Both the position numbers and the translations under genes were made by a program. DNA of 44,263 bases from Chiloscyllium plagiosum (lineage: Eukaryota). Positions within the stretch are counted from its first letter, which is position 1. The number at the start of each line of letters is the position of its first letter. The DNA is taken from positions 6,944,311 to 6,988,573 of the forward strand of contig NC_057758.1 in NCBI RefSeq assembly GCF_004010195.1, given 5' to 3'. Below the pieces are notes generated by a model. The model did not search any database, had not been told where the DNA came from, and saw only the letters and a program-made list of their open reading frames with translations. Shown piece after piece: positions 10,876 to 22,732 of this stretch.

Positions 10876-13768
10876 GTCATACAGTCATAGAGTCATAGAG
10901 CTGTACAGCCTGGAAACAGACCCTTTGGTCCAACCCGTCCATACCGACCAGCTATCCCAACCCAATGTAGTCCCACCTGCCATCACCCGGCCCATATCCC
11001 TCCAAAACCTTCCTATTCATCTCCCGATCCAAATGGCTCTTAAATGTTGCAATTGTACCAGCCTCCACCACATCCTTTGGTGACTCATTCCTTACAACCC
11101 TCTGCGTGAAAAAGTTGCCCCTTAGATCTCTTTTATATCTTTCTCTCTCACCCAAAACCTATGCCCTCCAGTTCTGGACTCCGCAGCCCCAGGGAATTGA
11201 CTTTGCCTATTTATCCTATCCATGCCCCTCATAATATGGTAAACCTCTATAAGGTCACCCCACAGCCTCCGACGCTCTAGGGAAAACAGCCCCAGCCTGT
11301 TCAGCCTCTCCCTGTAACTAAATCCTCCAACCCAGGCTAAATCCTTGTAAATCTTTTCTGAATCCTGCTCTCCAAGGTCTCTTTGTTCAGCAACACTCCC
11401 GAGGACCTTACCAATAAGTGTATAAGTTCTGGTAAGATTTGCTTTCCCAAAATGCAGCACCTCGCATTTATCTGAATTAAACTCCATCTGCCACTTCTCA
11501 GCCCTGTCCCTTAGGATTCCCTCCAACAACTTGCCCACCACCGAGGTCAGGCTCACTGGTCTTTCGTTCCCTGGCTTGTCCTTACCACCCTTCTTAAACA
11601 GTGGCACCACGTTTGCCACCTCTAGTCTTCCGGCACTTCATCTGTGACTATCGATGATACAAATAGCTCAACAAGAGGCCGAGCAATCACTTCTCTAGCT
11701 TCCCACTGAGTCCTCGGATACACCTGATCAGGTCCTGGGGATCTATACACCTTTAACTGCTTCAAGGCATCCAGCACTTCCTTCTTTGTCATCTGGACAT
11801 TTTGCAAGATGTCACCATCTATTTCCCTACCGTCCATATCTTCCATATCCCTTTCCACAGGAAATACTGAGGCAAAACCTCCCCCATTTTCCGTGGCTCC
11901 ACACAAAAGCCGCCTTGCTGATCTTTGAGGGGCCCTATTCTCTCCCTAGTTACCCTTTTGTCCTTACTACATTTGTAAAACCTCTTTGGATTCTCCTTAA
12001 TTCTATTTGATAAGGTTATCTCATGTCCCCGTTTTGCCCTCCTGATTTCTCTCTTAAGTATACTCCTACTTTCTTCATACTCTTCTCAGAATTCACTCGA
12101 TCTATCCTGTCTGACATATGCTTCCTTCTTTTTCTGAACCAAACCCTCAATTTCTTAAAGTCATTCAGCATTCCCAATAGCTAGTAGCCATCCCTTTCAC
12201 CCTGACAGGAATATACTTTCTCTGGATTCTTGCTATCTCATTTCTGAAAGCTTCCCATTTTCCAGCCGTCCCTTCACCTGCAAGCAACTGCCTCCAATCA
12301 GCTTTTGAAAGTTCTTGCCTCATACCGTCAAAATTGGCCTTTCTTCAATTTCGAACTTCAACTTTTAGATCTGATCTATCCTTTTCCATCACTATTTTAA
12401 AACGAATTGAATTATGGTCGCTGGCCCCCAAGTGCTTTCCCATTGACACTGCCTTATTTCCTGCCCTGCCCTGCCCTGCCTTATTTCCCAAGAGTAGGTC
12501 AAGTTTTGCACTTTCTCCAGTAGGTACATCCACATACTGAAGCAGAAAATTGTCTTGTACACTCTTAAGAAATTCCTCTCCATCTAAACCTTTAACATTA
12601 TGGCAGCCCCTGTCGATGTTTGTAAAGTTAAAATCCCCCCCCCCCCCCCCCATTATTCTTACAGATAGCTGATATCTCCTTAGAAGTTTGTTTCTCAATT
12701 TGGCTCTGCCTATTGGGGGGGCTAAAGAACAATCCCAATAAGGTGATCATCCATTTTTTATTTCTCAGTTCCACTCAAATAACTTCCCTCGAAGTATTTC
12801 CAGGAATATCCTCCCTTAGCACAGCTGTAATGCTATCCCTTATCAAAAATGCCACTCCCCCTCCTCTTTTGCCTCCCTTTCTATCCTTCCTGTAGCATTT
12901 GTATGCTGGAACATTCAGCTGCCAGCCCTGCCCAAAAATGAGCCATGTTTCTGTAATTGCTAAGATATCCCAGTCCCATGTTGCTAACCATGCCCTGCGT
13001 TCATTTGCCTTCTCTGTTAGGCCCCTTGCATTGAAATAAATGCAGTCTAATTTATTAGTCCTTCCTTGTCCCTGCCTGCCTTGACTGTTGACTAACGTCT
13101 GTTCTCAGCTGTACCGGTCTCAGGTCGATCTCTTTCCTCACTATCTCCCTGGGTCCCACCCACCACCCCACCTTACCAGTTTAAATCCTCCCAAGCAGTT
13201 GTAGCAAATTTCCCTGCCAGTACATTAGTCCCCTTCGACTTTGGGTGCATCCTTCCGTCTTGTACATGTCACTTCTACCCCAATAGAGATTCCAATGATC
13301 CAAAGATGTGAATCCTTCTCCCATACAGCAACTCCTCAGCCATGCATTCATCTGCTCTGTCCTCCTACTCCTGCCCTCACTAGCTCATAGAACTGGGAGT
13401 AATCATAATATTCCTATCCTTGAGGACCTCCTTTTTAAATTTCTACCTAACTCTCTGTAATCTTCCTTCAGAGTCTCAACATTTTCCCTTCCAATGTCGT
13501 TGGTTCCAATGTGGACAGTGACCTCGTGCTGGCTCCTCTCCCCCGTGAGAACATTCTGCACCATCTCTGAGATATCGTTGATCCTGGCACCAGGGAAACA
13601 ACACACCATTTTGGTTTTTCTCTGTTGGCCATAGAAACGTATGTCTGTACCGCTGACTACAGAATCCTCTAACACAATTGATTTCTGGGAAGCCGACTTA
13701 CCCCCCGTTGCATTAGAGCCAGTCTCAATACCAGAAACTTGGCTATTTGTGCTACGTTCTCCTGAGAA
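10876..13768 (-). mobile_element. 5'-truncated, internally deleted CR1 LINE inserted in the ERV (unit B)
   Basis: 3' tail agtcatagagtcatagag at ~10883; ORF2 C-terminus (GNFFTQRVV), endonuclease (GDFN, LDLLL, SDHN) and ORF1 esterase (DSVV..CCFPGAR..HIGTND). The RT core is deleted at ~11503. Confidence 0.95.
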
Positions 13769-14800
13769 TGTGCTTGCATCCGATCAAAAGGAAAACATGT
13801 AAGTCTTCACTGACTCTCGTTGTCCTTTTGATGTGATCCACCATTACAGAGCCTTGTGGGAACATTGAAGATTTTTAACCTCCACGGGCAGCCTATTCGC
13901 AATAATGCTTTGTCCAATCAAACTGGCAGTTATCAAGATGTTCGGCTGTCGCTCAGGCAATTGGTACAGTCGTCGAAGGAACGAGCAGACAGATGTTGCT
14001 GCCAAGCAGGCAGACTTACATCCCAAACGTTTGGCCCCATTGGGTCGCCAGCAAACCCCGAGTAGAGACAATATGCGGACAGGTATGACAGACCTGGGCA
14101 AGGTACAGAATGACTGGGATGCCGCTGGCTGAAGAGCATAAACTGTTGCCTCAAATAGGGTAATCCCTCGATACTCAAACCAACATTTGGGTGACTCGCA
14201 TTGAACAAGTTGTGTTCCTTCTTTGCTGCTGCCTATTTTAGTTGATTATGTGCATAATGGTATATACTTGGGCAAGGAGGGAATGGTTATTGTTCTATTA
14301 TAAACTTAGTGGTACCCAGATTTTCAGAAAGCAGCTAAGAAAAGAGCTGTTGTAATTTGTAAATAAACAAGACACATGCTGTGAAAAAGGATGACTTGAG
14401 TTTGTAAGCGACTTTCTTGCCTGGTGGGCCTTATCTTTTACTTGTCTACAGCTTGTTTTTATAGAATCATCTCGCATACATTTTTCTGAATATTGTCGAA
14501 TAATTGTAGAGGCATGAAGACCATCCCACTAACTGATACTGCTGCTAATATTGTGGTGGACACGTCGGAAATATTTCCATTAGTTACCCAAAGCTCATCA
14601 AAGTTTACAATCACAGGTACACTTTGCCTCAAAATTAGGAATGGGCAAATGGAAGATCCATTCCTGGTTCTGCTGGTCACCTGCACAGCGGTCAAGGTCA
14701 AGGGGAGGTCCAAATAGATGCGCGCAAAACAATGCAAAAGCGCAACACTCACTGGAGGAAAACCAGGAGTCCCCGTCAGAGACACTTGTTCAGCATCCGT
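13769..14800 (+). pseudogene. pol: ERV pol remnant: RNase H, integrase N-terminal zinc-binding region and IN C-terminus (unit B)
   Basis: Frameshift-corrected reading ACIRSKGKHV..FTDSRCPFDVIHHYRALWEH*RFLTS.GQPIRN, LAVIK...RNEQTDVAAKQA (RNase H); YVHNGIYLGKEGM..WYPDFQKAA..VIC (IN-N); DPFLVLLVTCTAVKVKGR (IN-C). Confidence 0.88.
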
Positions 14801-15990
14801 CTGCAAATGTCTCAGCCTGATCCTCCTTCCTTTCACTACACTCTTTCTTATCTTTCTTTCACTGACTAAGTTTGTTTGGGACACAATGGATAACCTGAAA
14901 ACCTCCAGTTAACAGGAATTACAGTTTAATACTTCTATTTATGCACAGAATGTCAACTACTCCCGATGCTGGATGTGTATTCATATTCCTGTCCACCCTT
15001 TCGGAGACATTCCCCATTGGCCGTCACACTTCATATCTCTGAGACGGTTGAATGGTGGTTCTCTCAGACCCAGCCTGCCGGTGTGATGGTTCAGATTCCC
15101 TCTACCACTCACCACAACAAAACAATAAGGTATATCTGGGAGTCAGCAAGGTATTCTCTGCAGACAGTCAGGTTTGTCTTGAAGTTGCATGTAATCTTGC
15201 GCGCATACCCGCAGCCCTGTTCCTTACCAAAACCACAATCCAAGGTCTACTGCGCAGGCTACGATTTGCTTCAAAAGCAGCCTGCAAAGGGATTGGGAGG
15301 TGAGATCCAGCACATGCTCCTCCTCTCTGCACATCATTTCTCTTGGCCTGGAAAACATCCTTCCGATCACTCAGATTCACAAGAAAAGTGTTCACGGCCA
15401 CTCCGAGTGGGACTGTCCAGCTGAGCACAGCCTTCACCTTTTTCTAGACTGACAACTGCTATTTGGGGTATGTGATTCCTTTCCTCTATGAATCCCACTC
15501 GTCCTCATTTGAACAGCCTTGGTCTCACTGCAACAGATCCATTGCCATTTCAAAACAGTTTTTCGGATTTTTCTCTTCCCTTTTGCAACTGCTCGATACA
15601 TTATGAAGTAAGGCGCCTGGCCTTACTTCAAACAACACTGCCACAGCCCTTGCTGAGATAAATGCAGAAATGGTCGCCATTCCCACTATGGCCCTGCAGA
15701 ACAGGCTGGCCCTGGATTATTTGTGAGCTGAGAAACGGAGCACAGGTGCCCTGAAAAGCTCTACCTGTTGCACCTCCATTCCCTTTGCCACTGAGAACAT
15801 CACCAATGTTGCTAACCACATTTGTAAAGTAGTCATAGAGCTCCACGAGAACAGTTCCTAGTGGGATTTGTGGAGCTGGATGGACCGATGGTTCGGGTAT
15901 GATGAAGTGACCTTGTACAAGGCCTCATAATCCTCATCGTGGCCATTGCTATCCTAACTATGATTATTGTCTGTGTCCAACTGGCCAGTG
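14800..15990 (+). pseudogene. env: ERV env pseudogene (unit B)
   Basis: Leader; CWMC at 14967-14978; LQNRLALDYL then TGA; TM anchor. Confidence 0.9.
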
Positions 15991-16037
15991 TAAGATTCAA
16001 TTCCTTGTTTTGGCTCTGGTCCCCAGTGATTCCGCAG

Positions 16038-16630
16038 ATGCCTAGGTTTTCTCTTCCTGATGAAACCCCAAATGGCGATTCTCATTACCTGGGCCCTTCT
16101 GGCCCTTTTCTTACCAATCCCGAGGATGATCTGTCCGGTCTCCAACTACCACTCCCTGACAATCCCCCTGGCTCCCAATCCGTGCTTTTCTTTAAAAAAA
16201 AAAGTAAGGATTGAAGAAGAATTGGCCAAAATTGACACAAAACAGTTAGAAGACATTCGGTCACAAAGCAATTTTTGCAGTAAGATTTCGAGCCATTTAA
16301 TGAAGTGTAAGAACAATCCCGCTCTGATAATACTCGCTTGCAGCTTCAAGATGTCTCGGCTCCTCAGTGTCGTTCGTTCTATCCAAGAAAATGATGAATT
16401 GTTTCTCTCTGTCCCTTATTGGGAATTCTAGCCTTGCTAAACCTGGAATAAAATATAACATTCAGTTTCGTAGATATTAAGAAATATTGGTCTGGAAAAT
16501 GGATGGGAACTTCATGACTGCCCCGAGCGTGCACAATTTATGGGCAGGGAGCTTTGATTATCTATACAGCCTGTACCATTTTGTATTTCTGTCGAATTGT
16601 GTCAGACTTCACGAAGGAACATGTAACTCC
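16038..16630 (+). pseudogene. ERV post-env reading frame, frameshifted (unit B)
   Basis: ORFs 15939-16214 and 16060-16431 join across an A10 tract to give the same peptide as 3967-4326. Confidence 0.45.
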
Positions 16631-17603
16631 CTCTGGTCATGGTAAAGTTTGTTAATAGTTGGAAATCTCTACCCCTGACTATTTTGGTTTAAACAAGTCA
16701 CGTCGCTTTTACTTTCTCCCACACATTGACTGACTGAATGGGCGCACTGATTGACTGACGGAAAGAACGCACTGACTCACTGAATGATTGTTCTCACTGA
16801 CTGACAGAATGGAGGCACTGACTGACTGACTGATTGAACTCACTGACTGACTGTCTGACTGACCGAATGGATGCACAGGCGACTGACTAACTAAATGGAT
16901 GCGCCGTCATACTGACTGGATCACCTCTCAGCATCCAACATTCCTGGGTAAATTGCTCCAGCATATTGTTCCTCTCCCTGTGGCTGAAATCCCAACTCAC
17001 CATCCTTCAATCTTTTCTGCATTTAACAAAATTTCTCCTCTGCCTGGGAGACCAGAATTGAATGCAGTATTCCAATCGTGGTCTCACTAATGTCATGTAC
17101 AGCCGAAACATGACATCACAACTCCTAGATTCCAATTCTGACCAATGAAGCCAACCATTCCTAACATCTTCTTCACTCTCGTCTCCAGGGTCCTGCCATT
17201 AATTGTATAAGACCTGTCTTGAGTTGCCTTACCAAACTCAAAATCCATTGCACACCTATCGGAGCATCTGATGAAGGAGAAAGTGAGGACTGCAGATGCT
17301 GGAGATCCGAGTTTGTCACTGAGAAAGCACAGTACGCCAGGCAGCATCCGAGTAGCAGCACAATGGACATTTTGGGCATAATCACTGCCTGATATTCCTG
17401 ATGAAGGGATCAACTGCCTTATCCATGTCTGCTGGCCCTGGATCTAACATCGCAAGATCCTCGATGGCACCAACATACTCACTGTCCCCATTTACAGTGG
17501 ATGGTTAAGTTCCCGATGCTCTGCTCTGCCTTCCTTCCCACTCCAGCCTCCCATGGTCCCACCACTTCCTTTCCAGTTCTCCAACGCTTTATCCTCTCTG
17601 TTC

Positions 17604-18043
17604 CAACTCCCAGCCATGCATTCATCTGCTCTATCCTCCTATTCCTGCCCTCACTAGCTCGTAGCACTGGGAGTAATCCAGATATTACTATCCTTGAAGA
17701 TCTCCTTTTTAAATTTCTCCCTAACTCTCTGTAATCTACCTTCAGAGTCTCAACCTTTTCCCTTCAAATGTCGTTGGTTCGAATGTGGACAATGACCTCC
17801 TGCTGGCCCCTGTCCCCCGTGAGAACGTTTAGCACCCTCTCTGAGACATCCTTGATCCTGGCACCAGGAAAACAACACACCATTTTGCTTTTGCTCTGCT
17901 GGCCATACAAACGCCTGTATGTACCTCTGACGACAGAATCCCCTAACACAATTGATCTCTTGGAAGCCGACTTACCCCTCGTTGCATTAGAGCCAGTCTC
18001 AATACCAGAAACTTGGCTATTTGTGCTACGTTCTCCTGAGAAT
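17604..18043 (-). mobile_element. CR1 ORF1 esterase fragment (start of unit C)
   Basis: LGDSVVRGT..VCCFPGARIKDVSER..VIVHIRTNDI; colinear with 13329-13768. Confidence 0.92.
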
Positions 18044-19100
18044 ATGCTTGCATCCGATCAAAAGGAAAACACGTAAGTCCTCACTGACTCTCGTTGTCCT
18101 TTTGATGTGATCCACCATTACAGAGCCTTGTGGGAACATTGAAGATTTTTAACTTCCACGGGCAGCCTCTTCGCAATGATGCTTTGTCAATCAATCTGGC
18201 AGTTATCAAGAAGTTCGGCTTTCGTTCAGGCAATTGGTACAGTCTCCGAAGGAACGAGCAGATAGATGTTGCTGCCAAGCAGGCAGACTTACATCCCAAA
18301 CTTTTGGCCCCATTGGGTCGCCAGCAAACCCCGGATAGATACAATATGCGGACAGGTATGACAGACCTGGGCAAGGTACAGAATGACTGTGATGCCCCTG
18401 GCTGAAGAGCGTAAACTCTGGCCTCAAATAGCGTAATCCCTCGCTAATCAAAGCAACATTTGAGTGACCCGCACTGAACAAGTTGGTGTTCCTTCTTTGT
18501 TGTTGCCTATTTTTGTTGAATATGTGCATAATCCTATACACTTGGGCAAGGAGGGAATGGTTATTGTTCTATTATAAACTTAGTGGTACCTAGATTTTCA
18601 GAAAGCAGCTAAGAAAAGAGCTGCTGTAACTTGTAAATAAACAAGACACATGCTGTGAAAAGGGTGACTTGAGATTGTTAGCGACTTTCTTGCCTGGTGG
18701 GCCTTATCCATTACTTGTCTACAGCTTGCTTTTATAGAATCATTTCGCACACATAGTTCTGAATATTGTCTAATAATTGTACTTTTTTTGTAGAGGCATG
18801 AAGACCATCCCAATAACTGATACTGCTGCCAATATAGTGGTGGACACGTCGGAAATATTTCCATTAGTTACCCAAAACTCATTAAAGTTTACAATCACAG
18901 GTACACCAAGCTTCAAAATTAGGAAGGGCAAATGGAAGATCCATCCCTGGTTTTGCTGGTCACCTGCATAGCGGTCAAGGCCAAGGGGAGACCCAAATAG
19001 ATACACGCGAAGCAATGCAAAAGCGCACCACCCACTGGAGGAAAACCAGGAGTCCCCGTCAGAGACATTTGTTCAGCATCCGTCTGCAAATGTCTCAGCC
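18044..19100 (+). pseudogene. pol: ERV pol remnant, RNase H and integrase ends (unit C)
   Basis: Colinear with 13769-14800; LAVIKKFG...RNEQIDVAAKQA. Confidence 0.88.
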
Positions 19101-20280
19101 TGATCATCCTGCCTTTCACTACACTCTTTCTTATCTTTCTTTCACTGACTAAGTTTTATTGGGACACAATGGATAACCTGAAAACCTCCAGTTAACAGAA
19201 TTACAGTTTAATACTTCTATTTATGCACAGAATGTCAACTACTCCCGATGCTGGATGTGTATTCATATTCCTGTCCACTCTATAGGAGACATTCCCCATT
19301 GGCCGTCACACTTCATATCTCTGAGACGGTTAAATGGTGGTTATATCAGACCCAGCCTGCCGGTGTGATAGTTTAGATTCCCTATGCCCCTCACCACAAC
19401 AAAACAATAAGGTATATCTGGGAGTCAGCAAGCTATTGTCTGCAGGCAATCAGGTTTGTTTAGAGGTTGCATGTAATCTTTCGCGCATACACACTGCCCT
19501 GTTCCTTACCAAAACCACAATCCAAGGTATACTGTGCAGGGTACGATCAGCTTCAAAATCAAAGGGATTGGGTGGTGAGATCCAGCACATGCTCCTCCTC
19601 TCTGCACATCATTTCTCTTGGCCTGGGAAACATCCTTCCGATCACCCAGATTCCCAAAAAAAGTGTTCACGGCCACTCCGAGTGGGACTGTCCAGCTGAG
19701 CACAACCTTCACCTTTTTCTAGACTGGCAACTGCTATTTGGGGTATGTGATTCCTTTCCTCTATGAATCCCACTCCTCCCCATTTGAACAGCCTCGGGCT
19801 CGCTAAACAGATCCATTGCCATTTCAAAACAGTTTTTCAGATTTTTCTGTTTCCTTTTGCAACTGCTCGATTACATATTGAAGTAAGGCGCCTGGCCGCA
19901 TTTCTCGAAGCAGTGGCAAACAGCACTGCCACAGCCCTTGCTGAGATAAATGCAGAAATGATCGCCATTCCCACTATGGCCCTGCAGAACAGGCTGGCCC
20001 TGTATTATTTGTGAGCTGAGAAACGGAGCACAGGTGCCCTGATAGGCTCTACTTGTTGCACCTGCATTCCCTATGCCACTGAGAACATCACCAATGTTGC
20101 TAACCACATCTGTAAAGTAGTCACAGAGCTCCACGAGAACAGTTCCGACTGGGATTTGTTGAGCTGGCTGGACCGATGGTTCGGGTATGATGAAGTGACC
20201 TTCTACAAGGCCTCATAGTTCTCATCGTGGCCATTGCTATCCTAACTATGATTATTGTGTATGTCCAACTGGCCAGTGTA
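19090..20280 (+). pseudogene. env: ERV env pseudogene (unit C)
   Basis: CWMC at 19249-19260; fusion peptide/heptad/ISD TVFQIFLFPFATARLHIEVRRLAAFLEAVANSTATALAEINAEMIAIPTMALQNRLALYYL*; ALIGSTCCTCIP; TM anchor. Confidence 0.92.
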
Positions 20281-20325
20281 AGATTCAATTCCTTGTTTTG
20301 GCTCTGGTCCTCAGTGATTCCGCAG

Positions 20326-20920
20326 ATGCCTAGATTTTCTCTTCCTGATGAAACCCCAAATGCCGATTCTCATTACCTGGACCCTTCTGCCCCTTTTCTG
20401 ACCAATCCCGAGGATGATCTGTCCGATCTCCAACTACCACTCCCTGACAATCCCCCTGGCTCCCAATCCGTTCCTTTCTTTAAAAAAAAGTAAGGATTGA
20501 AGAAGAATTGGCCAAAATTGACACAAAACAGTGAGAAGACATTCGGTCACAAAGCAATTTTTGCAGTAAGATTTCGAGCCTTTTAATGAAGTGTGAGAAC
20601 AATCCCGCTCTGATAATACTCACTTGCAGCTTCAAGATGTCTCGGCTCCTCACTGTCGTTAGCTCTATCCCAGAAAATGATTAATTGTTTCTCTCTGTCC
20701 CTTATTGGGAATTGTAGCCTTGCTAAACCTGGAATAAAATATAACATTCGGTTTCGTAGATATTAAGAAATATTGGTCTGGAAAATGTATGGGAACTTCA
20801 TGACTGCCCCACGGGTGCACAATTTATGGGCAGCGAGCTTTGATTATCTATACAGCCTGTACCATTTTGTATTTCTGTCGAATTGTGTTGGACTTTACGA
20901 AGGAAGGTGTAACTCCCTCT
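20326..20920 (+). pseudogene. ERV post-env reading frame, frameshifted (unit C)
   Basis: MPRFSLPDETPNADSHYLDPSAPFL...FFKK, then an A8 frameshift. Confidence 0.45.
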
Positions 20921-22113
20921 GTTCATGGTAAAGTTTGTTAATTGTTCAAAGTCTCTACCCCTGACTATTTTGGTTTAAACAAGTCACGTCGCTTTTACTT
21001 TCTCCCACACTTTGACTGACTGAATGGGCGCACTGATTGACCGACGGAAAGAACGCACTAACTCACTGAATGATTGTTCTCACTGACTGACAGAATGGAG
21101 GCACTGACTGACTGATTGAACTCACTGACTGACTGGCTGACTGACCGAATGGATGCACAGGCGACTGACTAACTAAATGGATGCACCGTCATACTGACTG
21201 GATCACCTCTCAGCATCCAACATTCCTGGGAAAATTGATCCAGCATATTGTTCATCTCCCTGTGGCTCAAATCCTAACTCAACATCCTTCAATCTTTTCT
21301 GCATTTAGCAAAATTTCTCCTCTGCCTGGGAGACCAGAATTGAATGCAGTATTCTAATCGTGGTCTCACTAATGTCATGTACAGCCGGAACATGACATCA
21401 CAACTCCTAGATTCTATATTCTGACCAATGAGGCCAACCATTCCTAACATCTTCTTCACCCTCGTCTCCAGGGTCCTGCTATTAATTGTATAAGACCTGC
21501 CTTGGGGTGCCTTACCAAACTCAAAATCCATCGCACACCTATCGGAGCATCTGGTGAAGGAGAAAGTGAGGACTGCAGATGCTGGAGATCCGAGCCGGAA
21601 GGTTTGCCACTGAGAAAGCACGGTACGTCAGACAGCATCCGAGTAGCAGGACAATGGACATTTTGGGCATAATCACTGCCTGACATTCCTGATGAAGGGA
21701 TCAACTGCCTTATCCATGTCTGCTGGCCCTGGATCAAACATCGCAAGATCCTCGATGGCACCAACATACTCACTGTCCCCATTTACAGTGGATGATTAAG
21801 TTCCCGATGCTCTGCTCTGCCTTCCTTCCCACTCCAGCCTCCCATGGTCCCACCACTTCATTTCCAGTTCTCCAACGCTTTATCCTCTCTGTTCCAACTC
21901 CCCTCACCGTCTCTAGCTTTGCAGCCACATTCTGCTCCATTTGGACACCAACTGGTGTTTCTAACCCAGACCCCAGCCCTCTGGCACTGCTCTACCTGCT
22001 ACACTTTTACTGGCTGACACATACTGCCCATTCGATCTTCAGTTACACCCACATCCATTCCTCTCTAGGGTCTCATGAAGCTTCTCCACGCCCTGGTCAC
22101 AGCCCAGACTATC

Positions 22114-22732
22114 NNNNNNNNNNNNNNNNNNNNNNNNNNNNNNNNNNNNNNNNNNNNNNNNNNNNNNNNNNNNNNNNNNNNNNNNNNNNNNNNNNNNNNN
22201 NNNNNNNNNNNNNNNNNNNNNNNNNNNNNNNNNNNNNNNNNNNNNNNNNNNNNNNNNNNNNNNNNNNNNNNNNNNNNNNNNNNNNNNNNNNNNNNNNNNN
22301 NNNNNNNNNNNNNNNNNNNNNNNNNNNNNNNNNNNNNNNNNNNNNNNNNNNNNNNNNNNNNNNNNNNNNNNNNNNNNNNNNNNNNNNNNNNNNNNNNNNN
22401 NNNNNNNNNNNNNNNNNNNNNNNNNNNNNNNNNNNNNNNNNNNNNNNNNNNNNNNNNNNNNNNNNNNNNNNNNNNNNNNNNNNNNNNNNNNNNNNNNNNN
22501 NNNNNNNNNNNNNNNNNNNNNNNNNNNNNNNNNNNNNNNNNNNNNNNNNNNNNNNNNNNNNNNNNNNNNNNNNNNNNNNNNNNNNNNNNNNNNNNNNNNN
22601 NNNNNNNNNNNNNNNNNNNNNNNNNNNNNNNNNNNNNNNNNNNNNNNNNNNNNNNNNNNNNNNNNNNNNNNNNNNNNNNNNNNNNNNNNNNNNNNNNNNN
22701 NNNNNNNNNNNNNNNNNNNNNNNNNNNNNNNN
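22114..22732. other. Assembly gap (619 N)
   Basis: Run of N. Confidence 1.

Noticed and set aside
14515..14570. LILLLILWW as the env signal peptide
   Set aside because: It lies upstream of the integrase C-terminal motif, in an alternative frame of pol; a better leader sits at ~14810-14870.
16630..16730. ERV polypurine tract and 3' LTR
   Set aside because: No purine tract or TG..CA-bounded repeat matching anything 5' of gag; the provirus appears truncated.
19763..20014. Domesticated (syncytin-like) env gene
   Set aside because: All four copies share a TGA directly after the ISD and have many frameshifts, so env was inactive before amplification.
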